Origin: Paraspadella gotoi
Lineage: Eukaryota; Animalia; Chaetognatha
Length of the DNA stretch: 64,000 nucleotides
Direction of reading: 5' to 3'
NCBI GenBank assembly: GCA_051294375.1
Contig: JBJCIZ010000028.1
Coordinates: 424,200 to 488,199, forward strand
Position 1 is the first letter of the stretch. Every line of letters starts with the position of its first letter. Below, in pieces: positions 61,168 through 64,000 of the stretch. The notes beneath the pieces are model-generated. The model saw only the letters and a program-made list of their open reading frames with translations, was not told the DNA's origin and made no database searches. Made by a program: the position numbers and the translations under genes.

Positions 61168-62989
61168 ATGTTGACTCTTCGCCGATCGTGGGCGACTCTC
61201 CGCGTCTTCAGCGCCATCTTGTCCGTCATCTTTTCACTCAATGGGCGTCGGGCAGTTATCTCTACGCGATGATACGACGCTAGAGAGGGCGTTCGGTCTC
61301 TCCGCCACCCAAATCGGCGGCCTTAAATCCATGAGTGAGAAAAAGGGAGGGATAGGGATGGCATGTGATGAAATTGATACAACCAATATAAAAATTATCC
61401 GTTCATTCGATAAATAATTTATCTTGCTTCTGACTTTGGACAGGCTTTGGTGGTTTAAGGCCTCCAACACTCTTTACAATGCAATAACATAGCGGGTCCA
61501 GAGTACTCATATGCGCTACTTCATTCACAGGCAGCGCCGCCTACTCAATTTTTATGGTGTTCGCAATGATCTCGGCTAAGAAACTTCAAGCACCTCGAAC
61601 CATAGGCGTCGTCTCTGTCGGAATCGCCCTCGCCTTTTTTGTGGAGGTGAGTTGATCTGGTAGCGATTATTTCATTTAGATCTTTTTAAATTTTATTTAT
61701 GTATTTTATTTTATTTCATTTTATTTTATTTATTTTATTTTATTTTGATTCATTTAAATTTTCATTCAGCTCATCCCTTACCTCTACGGCGCCGGTCGCG
61801 GTGCCATGGGCGATCTTTCCGGCGCCGGAAATGGTTCCATTCTCGAAGGCCTCGATTTTCGACGTCCGTTGTGTTACGATGAGGAAACGCAAAAAGAGTT
61901 GCGGGGTCAAAAATGCGTTAGTGATGATCATCAATTGGTGGAAAATGTCATTATGTTTTTTTGTTTTTTTTTGTTGTTTTTTTTTTTTTTTTGCTTTATT
62001 TTCCCAGAACTCCTCATTTTATCTTAAATTCATAATTGATTTAATCTTTATTATTAAATTTATAATTGAAGCTTAAGAGTTAGGGATTAGGTTACGTATT
62101 TCAGAATTTTGAATTTCTAATCAATCAAAAAAGTCACTCCTCTTTATATCTCATAATTATATCAAATGATCAATTAATCGTTTAATCAACCAATCAAGTC
62201 CAACTTCCAACCATCTCTCTCAGCCCGGCGCGTCTCCATCCACCAAAGAGTCCTTCAACCTGGACTACCTCTTCCTCGCAGCTGGAAAAGTCATCACGAT
62301 GTCTTTGGCGCCATTTCTTGTTGTCCTTTACTCTCCCTTTATCGACAATAACGTCGAGAACAAAAGGGCAGCCACGTAAGAGAAGAAGCCCCATTTCTGT
62401 TCTTTTATTCCAGAATTTGATTTTTACCTTAATACTTAACCTGAGTATGTTTTTAAATTTATAAACCAATCCTTACCTTAATCACTAATCCTAACCTTAT
62501 GCTGAACCATATCCCTAAAGCTTTAGACCTCGTTTCTAACCCTAACCTTTGACCCTAAACGTTAGTCCCTAACCAAAATCTTTAACCTTAATCACAAACT
62601 AAGTCCTTAAACTTTATAACTAACCTAATCCCTAATCTTTAACTCAGCTTGCAATCATTTATGTCCTTTCTCCTCTCCTACCCCACTCCCTCTCTCTCTC
62701 CCTTTTACCCCCCCTTTCCCCCCCTCACTCAACCCCTAACTTCTCTCAGCTACATCGCCCTCATCAAATCCTCCCAACTCGTCGGCCCCATCGTCGGCAT
62801 GGGTCTTGGCTCTTACTTGTCCCAAGTTCCCGTGGACCTAACTCCCGTAGACCTGCACCCCGGGGACCCGCAGTTCGTGGGAGCCTGGTGGATCGGAGTT
62901 TTGGTCTTTGGGCCTCTGCTGCTCGTGGCTTCGATTCCCATGGTGCTTTTTCCGGAGAGACCGGCTGAGGTGAGAAGAGGAGAGTGATG

Positions 62990-63082
<93 letters not shown>

Positions 63083-64000
63083 TTAATAATAATAAAAACA
63101 ATGATAATTATAGAATTATAGTTATAATAAAATGAAAAAAAAATGTATTTATTGCTTTTATGTAGTCAATTCGTAAAACGGTAAAAGTCAATCACGATGA
63201 CGATGACCAGGATGAAGACCAAGAGGATGAGGTTGTGTATTAAAAAAATATTCAATCATTCAATCAGACCAATCAATCTATCAATTGATCTTTCAATCCT
63301 TTGATTGATCCAATCAATCCTTCAATTACCCATACAAAAAACTAATTCTATCGATCAAACAATCAGATCGATCGATCAATCAATTAATCAATCTTTGGCT
63401 GTTCATTATTTCCAAAATTTAATTTTAATCTTAATATTCAACCTTAATATATTTTTAAACCTATAATCTAATCTTTAATCATTATCCCTAACTTTAATTC
63501 CTAACCCTTACCTATTTCTAAACCCCAAAGTCTTATCCCTAATTATTAATGCTAACCTCTAATATTAATCCCTAGTCCATAACCTTAACCCTAATCATTA
63601 AATTAATCCCCAACCGTAACCCTAAACCTAATCTTTAACTAAAAAAAAAATAAAATTAATTTTTGAAGAGACAGTAATAATTATTATGAGTTAGTGACAA
63701 AGCCGTTCAATATAAACAATCCCTGAGCTTCGGATCAGGCTGTAACAGGCGGGTTAAGCGGCCCGTCCCTCTTAACTGCTTGGCGACATGCGGGCTAAAA
63801 CCCTTGACCTTTGAGTAGGGAGGCAAATGACTTGCCTCCTGCACCAATAACCGCTGATAAACGGTTAGCGGATTTTAGTCCACCATATTCTAAATTTAAG
63901 ACGAAATGAGGCGTTCTGGGAAAATAAAGTCCCAATCTTCTTTTTAAAAATAGGCTTCACCAATGAGAGATAAAAACGACGACGACGACGACGACGACGA
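61168..64000 (+). CDS. Second tandem OATP/SLCO gene, 5' part, running off the window; two 1-nt deletions in exon 1
   Basis: Exons homologous to gene 1 at 61168-61334, 61531-61646, 61770-~61946, ~62200-62375 and 62750-62969 (DPQFVGAWWIG), then ~63166-63231 and ~63953-end. Confidence 0.85.
62990..63095 (+). repeat. (AAT)n microsatellite
   Basis: Long near-perfect AAT run. Confidence 0.95.
63714..63781 (-). ncRNA. P5-type twister ribozyme copy with shortened P3
   Basis: Reverse complement AAGCAGU-UAAGA-GG-GA-CGGG-CCGCU-UAA-CCC-GC-CUGUUACAG-CCUGA-UCCGAAGC-UCAGG-G-AUUGUUU. The core is invariant and P5 is retained through G-U pairs. Confidence 0.7.

Noticed and set aside
62470-63630. CCCTAA-like tracts as true telomere or chromosome-fusion relics
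   Set aside because: Highly degenerate, short, intronic and recurring with a shared flanking motif; better explained as an interspersed repeat.

Overview
AT-rich animal (invertebrate-type) genomic scaffold from a noisy, gap-filled draft assembly. Recurrent 25-N gaps are flanked by re-written copies of neighbouring sequence, so some copy numbers are unreliable. All recognisable genes are spliced and on the + strand. (1) The 3' exons of an SLC37-type sugar-phosphate exchanger. (2) A ~46 kb lipoxygenase gene whose N-terminus reconstructs not to the usual animal PLAT domain but to an SRPBCC/Bet v1-like domain plus a classical Asp-rich C2 domain. (3) Between its exons, a cluster of two-exon genes for secreted cystine-knot (ICK) prepropeptides of two types, A and B; type B resembles fungal CBM1 and tachystatin A. 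(4) Two tandem OATP/SLCO transporter genes. The repeat content includes a family with a tRNA-like head and a circularly permuted (P5-type) twister ribozyme supported by covariation between copies, Penelope-like fragments with minimal hammerhead ribozymes, a highly structured ~270-nt element, and a 2.2-kb TIR element. All calls come from manual reading and translation; no database searches were run.
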